A stretch of DNA of 52,621 nt from an uncultured Planctomycetia bacterium (GTDB lineage: Bacteria; Omnitrophota; Gorgyraeia; Gorgyraeales; Gorgyraeaceae), in the NCBI GenBank assembly GCA_964445715.1, contig CAYULJ010000001.1:1-52621 (forward strand). The letters are read 5' to 3'. Positions 1 through 12,500 of this stretch are shown piece by piece. The notes under the pieces were generated by a model. The model was not told the origin of the DNA, made no database searches, and saw only the letters and a list, made by a program, of their open reading frames with translations. Position 1 is the stretch's first letter. Each line of letters starts with the position of its first letter. The position numbers and the translations under genes are program-made.

Positions 1-1
1 C

Positions 2-545
2 ATAAAAGATGACCTGGATAGCTATAAAGATCTATATGGCTTTGTCTCTTACCTGAAGAAAGTAAACTCTCTTGATTCTGCAAAGCTCTTTAATGAGATA
101 GAAGAACTGACTTATGAGACAAAAGACCTTATCGCGGATAATGAAAATCAAAAACTCCTCACAAAATCCTTCAGACATATAAGATTCTTGGAAAATTTCT
201 TTAATCTTAAAGTTTCAAACGAAGATTTGGATTACTATCTTAAAAATCCAGAAGACTTCAAGGTAGGCTTTTTCGAGGGTTTCTTGAAGCGCAATTTGAA
301 AGAATACAAGATAGGCTCTTTCATAGACTTTAATCCTGACCTGATAGATAAATACCTGCCAGAGCTCGAATCCTTCTACAGAATAGCCCACAAAAGAGAC
401 GTGGCAATGTTCAACAACGCCATAAAAGAAATAGAAAAGCGCAAGGTCAAGACCTCTGCCCTGATAGCAGGAGGGTTCCACACCAGAGGCATAACAGAGC
501 TTTTGAAAGAAAAAGGTTATTCCTATGCAGTTGTCTCTCCATATT
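2..545 (+). other. Domain in giant ORF: C-terminal half of a Tiki/TraB/ChaN(GumN)-like fold, cut by the window edge
   Basis: AHKRDVAMF (R-D-x-x-M, nt 386-412) is followed by LIAGGFHTRG (G-x-x-H, nt 461-490). This matches the second-half signature of the Tiki/TraB/PrgY/ChaN superfamily. The first-half motifs would lie upstream of the window. Confidence 0.4.
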
Positions 546-3500
546 CAAAGACAGAGATAGATGAAGAGAATTATAGAGATCTATTGTCAGGCAAGAGAAA
601 GCCGCTGTCAGAATTGCTTACGAGCTTAAATTTTAAAAGCAAACTAAGGGGGATAATGGGCTATGCTGCAACAGATTTTATTGATAGATTTAATGTTAAT
701 GCCAACGTTGCTGAGAGATTAGGTATATTTATTGATGAAATACGTCCTATTTCGGGTAGATTCACTGCTGTTGTATCTGCATTTGGACTAGAGGTAGTCG
801 GACAAGATATAGATAGCGTAGGATTTATGTTTACTCTTGAATTCAGAGAATATCTTGAATCCGATATCGTGATCAAAAAAGATGCTGCTGGGAATATATA
901 TATTGGATATGGAAAGCAGTGTGCAAGGGTGAGAACCAGTGGCGCTCAATATGAAGTGATTAGTCATAACCTTTTTGCTAGAGTTCCAGCAGCTGAGACA
1001 ATAACGATTACAAAGAAAGATGTTACGGTAGAGACCGCTGATGTTGCCGCAGCTTCCGAAGAAGTTATCCAACCAACTGTTGCTGAGTCTGAGGATGATT
1101 TAGAAGCTGATACGAGCACAGGCGGATCGGTTATACCAGAATTAGAATACATAGAAAAAGTAGCATGGCTTGAGACACCAGTTGCATATTTAGCTGGCTT
1201 TATTTACTTATGGCTGTCTGATATAAGTTTATATGCCCTGCCATTGGTTGGTCTTGGTCTCTGGATTTCACACTTTATAGGGGCCTTTGGCTATAAGAAA
1301 TACATAGAGGGCGGTACTTATAAAGAAGCGTTTAAGGCAGGCTTGCGCGCGTTGTTTAGGATAGATGTAACAACGCTTTCGTTTTTGACTTCTGTTATTG
1401 GTGTTGGGTTTTTTATAGCTGGACCGCTTGGGTTTGTTGTTGCAAATGCTATTTTAATATTGTGGCATTTTATCGTAAATAAATTTAGAGCTAAAGACAT
1501 AAAAGAGGAAGAAGAAGGGCGGCCTAGATTTGCCAGTCTGATAAACGGCATTGCCCGCCGTGGTTGGGCCAGCCTTTCTTCTTTCTTTAAATCTTATTTT
1601 TCTAAACATGAGGCGAGAAAAAGAAGCGCTGCAAAGATAGTGCGGATCCTTATGGATACAGGCGCGTTTGATCTTGATGATCATGCAGAGGATTATTTAT
1701 TCGATGAGCTTCTTGGAAAGCCAAGCCATGAAGTCGACTTTGCAACGTTACGCAGAATACAGCTGGCCTTGGAGCAGGAAGGCATAGAGGCCCTGAAAAG
1801 AAAAGCCCAGAAGAAGGATAAGTTTGAATTCTCAGAAGACGAAGCTGCGTATGAACAGGTAAAAGATTTGGCTGCAAGGGCTTTTAAGGGCGCTCTATCA
1901 ATACCTTTATATATGCCTAAAAACTTTATCTGGCAGCCAATCGCCCCTCATGTGCAATACCGCTATTCCAGGAAGAGTCGCCAAGGTTTACTTAGCAAGG
2001 ATGATATAGCGAGGGTTATAAAAGGCACAGAAGGCCTGGAAGAGAAAACAGCGCCTTCTACAAATACCCTGGTCATAGCTTTCAGGTATTTCTGGGATCA
2101 TGCAGGAGTGATTATCTTCGAGCTCTTAAAATTTTCCTTAAAGTTCGCAATCATATCTCAGTTTACCGTATTTATAGCACCTTTTATACTTGCACTTTTG
2201 CCTGTGGGGATTGCCACATTTTCAGTTGCCGGCATGCCTATTTTTGGCATGACATTTTTCGCATGGTCAGCCGAATATATATTGGACAGGCTTTTGACAA
2301 ATACGCTGTTGAATTCCTTATCTATAGTAAAGCAGAGAAAGCAGCAGCTTGCAGAGGAAAAGCTTGCCTATAAACTTTCAGACCTTCCTAAGATAGAGGG
2401 CGTAGAGATTCCAAAGGCAGGAGATTTCAATGCATTGTCAGCGTATCTAGAGGCAGCACAGGAAACCACAACCCGTCTTTCGAAACCTGATATCGCAGCC
2501 GTAGAAGAACGATTGAGTTTTTATCCTGATTGGCAGAGATCATATCTTATATCATTACTGAATGATATAACTTCCAGCACAGAAAGAGGTGTTCCTAGGG
2601 CGAGAGAGCCTCCGACCAAGATATCTAAGAAAGAATCTTTTGTATTGTATTTACAGGCCATAGTCCTAAGTATCCCGGTCTTCGAAGGCTGGACTGTCAG
2701 GATCTTCCTAAAGAATTATAAAGGCTCACAATTAAAAGGCTGGAATAAAGCAGCACATATTGTACAGCTATCCTTATTCGCGCTTGGTTCTTCCCTGACA
2801 TTTAGCATAATAAAATCTACGCTTTCCCATATGTTTATTACAGGCGCGATAAATCAGTTTAGCCAGGGTGCATTATCTCAGATTCCGGTTGTCGCGCCCA
2901 TTGTAAACTATGTTACGAATTCAGGAGATATGTTAGTAGATAGCGCTCTTACTAACGATATTACTACTTCTGTGTACCATGCTTTTGGCGGAGACCTGCC
3001 AACGCTTAAGCACTTTATCTTAGAACCAAGGGCAGATTGGCTATATGACCAAGATGCTGGATTTATTGCAAGCTCGTTAGCCTCGGATAGCAACGCAAGA
3101 GAAGTCTTTGGATTGATAGATATGAGAGATGAAACTCTTGGCCTCCAGGTCCATGCTGAGATGATAATGAATGCTTATGAATCAGCTGAACCTGAATATC
3201 AAGGAGAGGCCGGCAAAGCTGTGCTAGAGAGCATGTTATATGAGAGTATGTTATTTGCAGAAGGCGAATTCATGTTAATAGTTGCAACAATGGACAGACT
3301 TGACCAGCTGCAGGAACAAGGCCTTATCTCAGAAGAAATCGCTTCAGAGATCATGCAGGCCATGTCGTACTATGAGACAGCCGCGAGTGTGTTTAGTGGG
3401 TTAATGGAAGATGTTTTTCAGGCTGAGCCACAACAGGAACAAGAGCCTGATCGCATACCTCTCCCTGTAGAATACTTTATTCCAAACCCGTCAGCATCAG

Positions 3501-6500
3501 ATGAATACTTTCTTGATTTGAACAATGCTTTTCTAGACAGTTATGACTTAACCGGCTACGAGCTTCATATAACATTCTCAGGAGGAGAAGGGAAAACTGT
3601 CCAGCTTTTTTATAAGGACGGTGACTGGAGAAATCTCTATTCATCTCGACAAACAATCCCAGCTAGCGGACTTATTACATTTAACCCGGAATCTGACCCT
3701 GCAGATATAAGAGGTGCGGATCTTAGCAATGCCCGCGCAGTTGGGGCAAAGATATTCGGAGGCTTGGGCGACGTTACAATAGTAGATGCAGCTTTGGTGC
3801 GTATAGGAAGTGCTGAGGTAGTAGAAGCGCCAGCACCCACGCCTACTTTGGTGCCGACAATAGAGCCCACAGAGACTCTCACTGCATTAGAAATACCGCT
3901 CTTCGAATACCAAACTCAAGACTGGATAGACAGCCAGGCAATAGATGAAGTCAGGCACAACGCCGACGGTACATTGGATTTACATGTGCATTTAGCAAGT
4001 GAGGCAAATATAAAAGAACAGGTAATAGAGTTTCTAGAGACACATCCTGAACTGAATGTAGATATTAGCGGAAAAGGCATAGATGAGTTAGCAGTGCTAG
4101 TAGCGGATGCGATAGACTCGAGCGGAAACTATCAAGATCCAGAATATCAACGTATAAGAGAATTAGTTGGCCAGAGTAAAGGCGAAGCTTTTATAGACCT
4201 CCGTTATGCAGACATCGGCTATCCAGATCATGAACCTGGGCAGACTCTCGATCTCACAAATTATAGACTCGTAGTGACAGTGGACATTCCTCAGCAATTA
4301 GTTGCTCCAGAAGGCGCTCCTAATGGCATTCAGCTCTTCTTTAAGAGCGGCCCAGAATGGTCAGCTGTATATGCCAACTGGACTAATGTCTCACAGGGAG
4401 GTCAAATCACATTAGCTGTGGATATTGGTGCAGTAACTGAGAACTATAATTGGATTTCAAGAGATCCAAATGGCGAGGTATTATTTGACCCGACTGATAT
4501 CAATGCCTTAGGCATAAAGATCGGTTCAGGAGGCATAGCCCTCTCAAACTATGAGACAGATGCATGGTTAAAGGCGACCTCAGTTGAATTGGTACCAGTA
4601 GAAGAAGCAATAGATACAATCCCATATCCACGCCCGATAACACATGGCGAATTTTCACCTGTAGACGTAGAGAGCTTTGTATCCCACAGTGGCCGTAACG
4701 GCATCTGGGGAGAAGAGACGCCCTATGGAACAGCCATGCAGCTTGAAGGTGGATATCTAGATATTGTAGGACACACAGAAGATGGGAGGCCTATAACAAG
4801 GATAGAGCAATTTCTGTTGAATGTAAAAGAAGATGGCGGCAATGAAGCTCGAGTATGGCTATTTAATGACATACGCAATCCAGATGAGATATTCATAATG
4901 AAAGATGGGGCACCTATAGCATTAAGAGGAGGAGTATATGAAGTAACCAAAGCCATTATAGACGCGCAAGAGAGAACAGAAGTCAGGGTAATACCGGTAT
5001 TATTCGACTTCCATATCTTAAATAGCATAAGAGAGGAAGGCGGGGAACTGACAGGAGAGCATCCTGAATTTTTCACAGAAGAAGGAAGAGAGGCTCTTGT
5101 AGAGATTTTTAAGCCGTGGATACAGGGATATGCTTCTCAATTTGAATTAATAGATTTATTTAATGAGCCAGAGAATGTCGCGCCAGAGCCAGATGCTGGA
5201 GTATTGTATAACCCGCATGTATTAACATTCTTGCAATCATTCAGCGATTTAGTTCATGAATACCAAGGCAATGTAACAGTAGGTATAAATAAACCGGAGA
5301 ATGTGTATCGCTATCAAGATATTATACGGTATGACTTGGGAGATGAGTTTTCAGTGCATTTCTATAATGTCTCACCCGGAGACTTGCCATATGCAGGTGA
5401 ACTTGGCGTAGGAACTTCCCCAGTAAGGATTACTGAGATAGGTGCAGATTCTAGGGAAGAGGTAATAGCTTTCATACAAGAGGCATGGGAGAAAGGCTAC
5501 ACTGGAATATCATTCTGGCCACAGGACGGGTTTACATCTGAAGGCCTCCAGGAGGCACTGGATAGTCTTAGGGAAGAATCAGCTAGCTTCAAGGTACAGC
5601 CAAGGCCTGTCGTCTTTGCAATTCCTGCACTAGCTGCACTGGGAACAAGTGTAGCCGGCTTTATGGATCTTATAGCTGATATAGTGCCATCTCTGGATGA
5701 TTTTGATGTTTGGGATGTCGTTAAGGTGCTGGCGGTTGTTACTGTTGGTGGTATTGTCTTGAGCACTGCCGGGCCTGTTGGCTTGTTAGCGGTTGGTTTA
5801 GTCGTTTTTAGTGTTAGTGCCTGTACCACCCCGCCAACGCCTACTCCTGCACCAGCTCCGGATACAAGAACAGAGGTTTTTCTGGAAGCCATGGATAGAG
5901 CAATTCTGGAACTAAGACAGGAAGGCGCGCCTTATATTGAAGAGCTCAGAGAGATGAGGCGCATGTTCGACACAGGCAGGGCTGGTTTTGTATCTATGCC
6001 TGGATTGTGGATGGGTTTGGGAATCCCTTCGCCTGGAGAAGAAGGGGAGATACTTTTCAGTGTTAATTATGAACTTATGGCTCCTTTGTTAGAAAGGGCT
6101 GCGTATGACAATAGATATAATATTTTCCTGAAAGCGATGTTGATTAAAGAGGCAGCTTCTTTGAGTTTTATCCAGGATCATCCTCAAGAGATACAAGACA
6201 TATTTCTGTATAGCGAAGAGTATTACAGATTAAGATCTGATCCAGACAATGATCTCAATACGCCTGAATTAGTACAGGCAGCGCAGAATTATTTCAACAG
6301 TATAGTTACCAGGGAGGCATTTGGCTGGAAGTCCCATATGGAATATTTGGCTGATAATGACATGACAATAGAATCGCTTGTAGCGATGAGAGATGAAGCA
6401 GAGGCGCAGGGATTGTCGCAACTGTCCAGTCTTTTTCACAGTCACGCGATTTACACTTTAGTTGGCGCTCCTGATGGCAGGGTGGACTGGATAAATTTAA

Positions 6501-9500
6501 AACTCGTCCTCTCCAGCGCAATGCAGGTATTAGATGAGAATATCTATAGAGATATAATGACCATAGAGGAGAACAAAGGGACAGTGCGTTATGATGATTC
6601 TATAAATGACTGGGAACTGATTGGCGGCTTTGTCGATGAAAACGATAGATTTCATTATCCGGATAACTTTTTAGAATTCCTCAGGGAGGATAATATAGAC
6701 TCAGGCGCACAAGACCCTGCTACTGTGCCTGAACAGCCGGCAGTTACAGAAGAGGCGGCTGCGCAATTGTTGAGTGCGCTTCTTGAGGAAATCCATAGCG
6801 ATATGCTCGGAGGGAGAGATGCTGCATTATCTGGGTTACCTTATTCTGAAGAAGCTTATAATAACCTAAAAGATATATTGACTAGCGGAAGAGTTACGGT
6901 AGAAGACAGCACAGGGTTCTTTACGATTTTAGTCCCACAGGCTGATGGCCGCACAATAGATCGCGTAATCATAAGCAGCTCAATATTAAGTCCCGAATAC
7001 TATGCGATATTGAAAGATGCCTTGAGGCATGAACTCGTGCATTTTGCTGACAACACATTAGAGAGAAAGATGTTGTTGGCAGAGGAGTTTGGCGAGACTG
7101 TCCAGCTAGAGATCCTGAATTTGTTTTCCAGCGATGATTTTAAGCAAAACGGCTTAAATCTTTCTCAATACCTGGAACATAAACTCAGAGAAGATCCAGG
7201 GTTTGTAGAATTGATCAAACGGTTAACAGCTTTATATATACAGGATGAATACGTGGCATTTGATAGAGTACCTGGCAGTATACCTTTCGAGGTATACGCC
7301 AACTTGCTTGATCTTGACGGAGAAGGCAGGGCTACAGGGATCAGAGATGAGACGGGATTTAGATTATGGTTGTTTGAGGGCTATTTAAGAAGGCAGAATC
7401 CGCTTCTCTATATCCTGGCAGCAGAAGTAGAACGGATCGAAGGCCGCGGGATTTATCATCCAGTATATAATTGGGATAACGGGACAGCTATGCAGTATTA
7501 CCGCGTGCCTATATCCATAACAGAGACTGATGTGCAGTTTTTCGATCTTTCCTATCCGATGCTTATTCCCAGGGCATTTGCCTATGATGTAAATGGAAAT
7601 CCCAGAGCAGTGCCATCTCCTGCAGATGATATTTCTTTATACGTTACGCTGGAAGATTACAGAAGAGATTACCTCCCCTACATTATGGATCCTGGCTATT
7701 ATAGGGCAGAGACAACAGGAGGAGGCAAGATGTTTAAGATAATGCCACCTACTATTGCGCAGTATGATGCTGTCCAGGACCAGATAATAGAAGGCTTTCC
7801 AGAGGCCACCGAAGCCGACATCCGCGCCTCTATCCGCACCCAACTTCAGCCTATAGTCACAAACATCGATGACGTAGACACATATACCAGGGAATACTGG
7901 ATGGTATGGAACTCCTTTGCTCACCCATGGGTAAAGGAAGAGTTATCCAGCTTACTACTTGACTCTGGTAATAGAGGTAACCATGTCCTTGAGATAGTAG
8001 AAGCAATAGGCTTTGACCCAGAAGTAGACCAGACTGCAAAAGTCATCTGGGCTGATGATCTAAAAGATATATTCACTAATACCATCTCTGCGGATTATGT
8101 AAGGGGCACGTGGGCATTGTGGGGACTTGTACAGATAACAGGAGATGAGGCTTCAGACGCTGTAAGCGTAGAAGGCATATCCTCAGCTGTAAGAATAAAA
8201 TTAAACGAGTTGCTCGATGATCCTGCAACTGACTGGACCAGTTACCAGGCAATAATCCCTGCCTTAGACGGAGGAGAGTGGCCGGCTGATGTAAGGCTTG
8301 ACTCATTTGAGGTATTCGAAGGAGTTGTAAATAATCCAGGCGTATCTGATACTGAAAAGATAGAAATAGGAAATACAGTCCTTCGCGCGTTAGAAGCTAT
8401 CCACGCAGCAGGCAGCTACGGTATGTATGAACAATACATAATAGTAGCAGGAGCAAAGGTCCTTGCAGGAATAGGAAGGGATGAGACAATACCGGATTCA
8501 GATAAAGAAGCATTCTTTGATAGATTAAGCGCCTTACCTCTTCGTGGATTTACTGATCCTGAAAACAATGACGAGATATTCATACAAGAAGTGGATGAGG
8601 ACTTCTTGGTCATAAATCAATATTATCATATACCTGATGAGACCCTTGAAGCTTTAATGAGCCTGGACGCAGAAGCGCTGATTAATGGAGATGCCTTCAG
8701 GTCAGAAGATGACCCATTCGTAAGAGAATCTATCTATGGTAGTGAATGGGATAGGACAGTCGGCGACAGCGAGAAGCTTGCCCTATCACAGGCTGCGAGG
8801 ATTTTATTAGAAGGTTATAATCTTGAAAACTACGACACCTTGCCTCCAGAAGACCAGATCGCAATTAGAGCAGCCTTAGAGATAGCAGAAGCTGCATGCC
8901 ATGACGCAACACTCTCTATAGATGAAAAGAAGACCTGGGCAACATACCTTATAGATATATACACGAACACCTCTATACCTTATACAGTAAGGGCAAGAGC
9001 AAGCTGGGCTCCTTATGAGGTATCAAGAGACCCGCGTATAGACATTGCATCCAAGATAGATGAAATAGCCACACCTCTGATAGCATTTTTAAATCTAAAT
9101 ATAGATAACCTCACAAACTACGAGGCTGTCGCAGCATTAGACTGGGATACATACCCAGCCGGCGAGCAATTTGATTCCTTACGCATATTAAAGGAGATAG
9201 CAAGGTCCCCTGACTTTGAAACTCTTCCTGAATCAAACGTAACGCCTATAGTTGATGCTACAGTATCGGTTTTAAACAACATTAATCTGGATTCTCCTGA
9301 CGCGCACGATCTAGAGGCAATAGCGCACGGGACAGAGACATTAAACATAATCTTCTCGACTACAAACGCAATATCAGGAACCAGCATGCAAGCCGCATAT
9401 GATCTCTTGCTCAGCCTCTCGGTCAATGAGAATATCTACCACGAGATATATGTCAAGGATGTTGATGAAGACTCAAATACCGTAGAGATCTACTATAACA

Positions 9501-12500
9501 TAGCTGATGAGGTGAACAAGGCACTGGGGGTGGTGATGCAAACCCAACTCTCTCAAGGCCTCTCTGAAGCCGACATCCGCGCCTCTATCCGCACCCAACT
9601 TCAGCCTATAGTCACAAACATCGATGACGTAGACACATATACCAGGGAATACTGGATGGTATGGAACTCCTTTGCTCACCCATGGGTAAAGGAAGAGTTA
9701 TCCAGCTTACTACTTGACTCTGGTAATAGAGGTAACCATGTCCTTGAGATAGTAGAAGCAATAGGCTTTGACCCAGAAGTAGACCAGACTGCAAAAGTCA
9801 TCTGGGCTGATGATCTAAAAGATATATTCACTAATACCATCTCTGCGGATTATGTAAGGGGCACGTGGGCATTGTGGGGACTTGTACAGATAACAGGAGA
9901 TGAGGCTTCAGACGCTGTAAGCGTAGAAGGCATATCCTCAGCTGTAAGAATAAAATTAAACGAGTTGCTCGATGATCCTGCAACTGACTGGACCAGTTAC
10001 CAGGCAATAATCCCTGCCTTAGACGGAGGAGAGTGGCCGGCTGATGTAAGGCTTGACTCATTTGAGGTATTCGAAGGAGTTGTAAATAATCCAGGCGTAT
10101 CTGATACTGAAAAGATAGAAATAGGAAATACAGTCCTTCGCGCGTTAGAAGCTATCCACGCAGCAGGCAGCTACGGTATGTATGAACAATACATAATAGT
10201 AGCAGGAGCAAAGGTCCTTGCAGGAATAGGAAGGGATGAGACAATACCGGATTCAGATAAAGAAGCATTCTTTGATAGATTAAGCGCCTTACCTCTTCGT
10301 GGATTTACTGATCCTGAAAACAATGACGAGATATTCATACAAGAAGTGGATGAGGACTTCTTGGTCATAAATCAATATTATCATATACCTGATGAGACCC
10401 TTGAAGCTTTAATGAGCCTGGACGCAGAAGCGCTGATTAATGGAGATGCCTTCAGGTCAGAAGATGACCCATTCGTAAGAGAATCTATCTATGGTAGTGA
10501 ATGGGATAGGACAGTCGGCGACAGCGAGAAGCTTGCCCTATCACAGGCTGCGAGGATTTTATTAGAAGGTTATAATCTTGAAAACTACGACACCTTGCCT
10601 CCAGAAGACCAGATCGCAATTAGAGCAGCCTTAGAGATAGCAGAAGCTGCATGCCATGACGCAACACTCTCTATAGATGAAAAGAAGACCTGGGCAACAT
10701 ACCTTATAGATATATACACGAACACCTCTATACCTTATACAGTAAGGGCAAGAGCAAGCTGGGCTCCTTATGAGGTATCAAGAGACCCGCGTATAGACAT
10801 TGCATCCAAGATAGATGAAATAGCCACACCTCTGATAGCATTTTTAAATCTAAATATAGATAACCTCACAAACTACGAGGCTGTCGCAGCATTAGACTGG
10901 GATACATACCCAGCCGGCGAGCAATTTGATTCCTTACGCATATTAAAGGAGATAGCAAGGTCCCCTGACTTTGAAACTCTTCCTGAATCAAACGTAACGC
11001 CTATAGTTGATGCTACAGTATCGGTTTTAAACAACATTAATCTGGATTCTCCTGACGCGCACGATCTAGAGGCAATAGCGCACGGGACAGAGACATTAAA
11101 CATAATCTTCTCGACTACAAACGCAATATCAGGAACCAGCATGCAAGCCGCATATGATCTCTTGCTCAGCCTCTCGGTCAATGAGAATATCTACCACGAG
11201 ATATATGTCAAGGATGTTGATGAAGACTCAAATACCGTAGAGATCTACTATAACATAGCTGATGAGGTGAACAAGGCACTGGGGGTGGTGATGCAGGCTA
11301 TGGGAGCCAGTGGCATAGCTTTTGATTTAGAACCAGTTCGGGTGAGCGATTCAGAAGCAGCACAAGAGCAACCCGCAGCGCCGCAGCCAGCAGCAGCACT
11401 CCAGCAGCAACAAGATACTATAACACTGCTTCCTTATGAACCCGTTACTGATATTGGCCGAGACGGACAAGAATATATACTTAATTCAAGGTTACTATGG
11501 CAGGGAATATATGAATATGGCTATCTTGCTCACCAGGAGATAGTTGATGCAGACTGGAATTATCGTTTCGCAGAGTTAAATGGACAGCCTGTTCTCGCGC
11601 GCTGGGGTAGGCAGGATTATAATGCTGGAGCATTAGAGGTATTTAGCTGGACATATGCAGATGCTACTTTTGCCACAATCAGTATTGAAGAATTCAATAA
11701 TGATATAATCGTCCTTGATAATCAGGTGTCATTGTCCATGGATCAGCAGACTCTGTTCCTGGATACCTTGGGAGTGGGCGTAGCAGGCATCGGAGGCGGA
11801 GATATAGTCGATCTGCCATTGGAACCAGGCCCTGAGGGATTTGTTGTAGAGGGCATGCTCTATCGTCAGACCCTTGGTGGCCAGGTAGAATATGTGGATG
11901 CTGAGTTTAGATATTGGTTTGCCCAGCGCACAAGCGACAACGCTTATTTTCTCATAAGACAAGGCAGGTATTATTCGGAGCATAAAGATAAAATCGAGAT
12001 GTTTGAGATCTCGCCTGATCTTATTTCAGGAGAGACTCCGAGTTTCAACGATATGACCAGAGATGTGTTCAGGGACATTGTATCACAAGAACCAAGCGTA
12101 CCTACTACTTATGATGTTGAAGAGACAGTCTTGGTCGGCCTGGCTGAAATGCCTGCAGAAGCCCAGGTATATCCTGACGCACAAACATTCGAGTACGAAG
12201 GCCTTATAGAAGGCGTAATAAGCGGCAACAAGAAAGAGATCATGAGAGGGGATGCATTGCTGCAATATCTGGAAGGTCTGGCAATAAGTTATGAGTTGCC
12301 GTTAGAGATAAAACCATATGAGAACTATCCGGTTTTCACGAACTTCTACGAAGATGAGTCTGGGAACGCGCTTGGATATGATGTTTCAGTCTTTTTCTCT
12401 GAACTGGCGAGAGAAGGACATGAATATGACCCAGAAGCGTGGCGCCCTGCTGGCAGCACCCGGCCTCCTGATTTCACAGTTGTGCGCACTGACTTTATTG

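Noticed and set aside
188-190. TTG at 188 as the start codon of the giant ORF (as given in the ORF track)
   Set aside because: The same frame is stop-free back to nt 2, and the upstream residues are continuous with a domain spanning this position. 188 is only the first start-type codon in the window, not a supported start.
3580-3597. GGEGKT as a Walker A / P-loop NTPase motif
   Set aside because: The spacing does not fit GxxxxGK[ST] (Phe occupies the first Gly position). The motif lies inside a beta-sandwich CBM-like module, and the paralogue reads GGSGRK.
7637-11181. Five pairs of identical antisense ORFs (e.g. 7857..8039 and 9612..9794)
   Set aside because: They are by-products of the 1,755-bp duplication on the opposite strand of a clearly coding frame. 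They are useful as evidence of nucleotide identity but are not genes.
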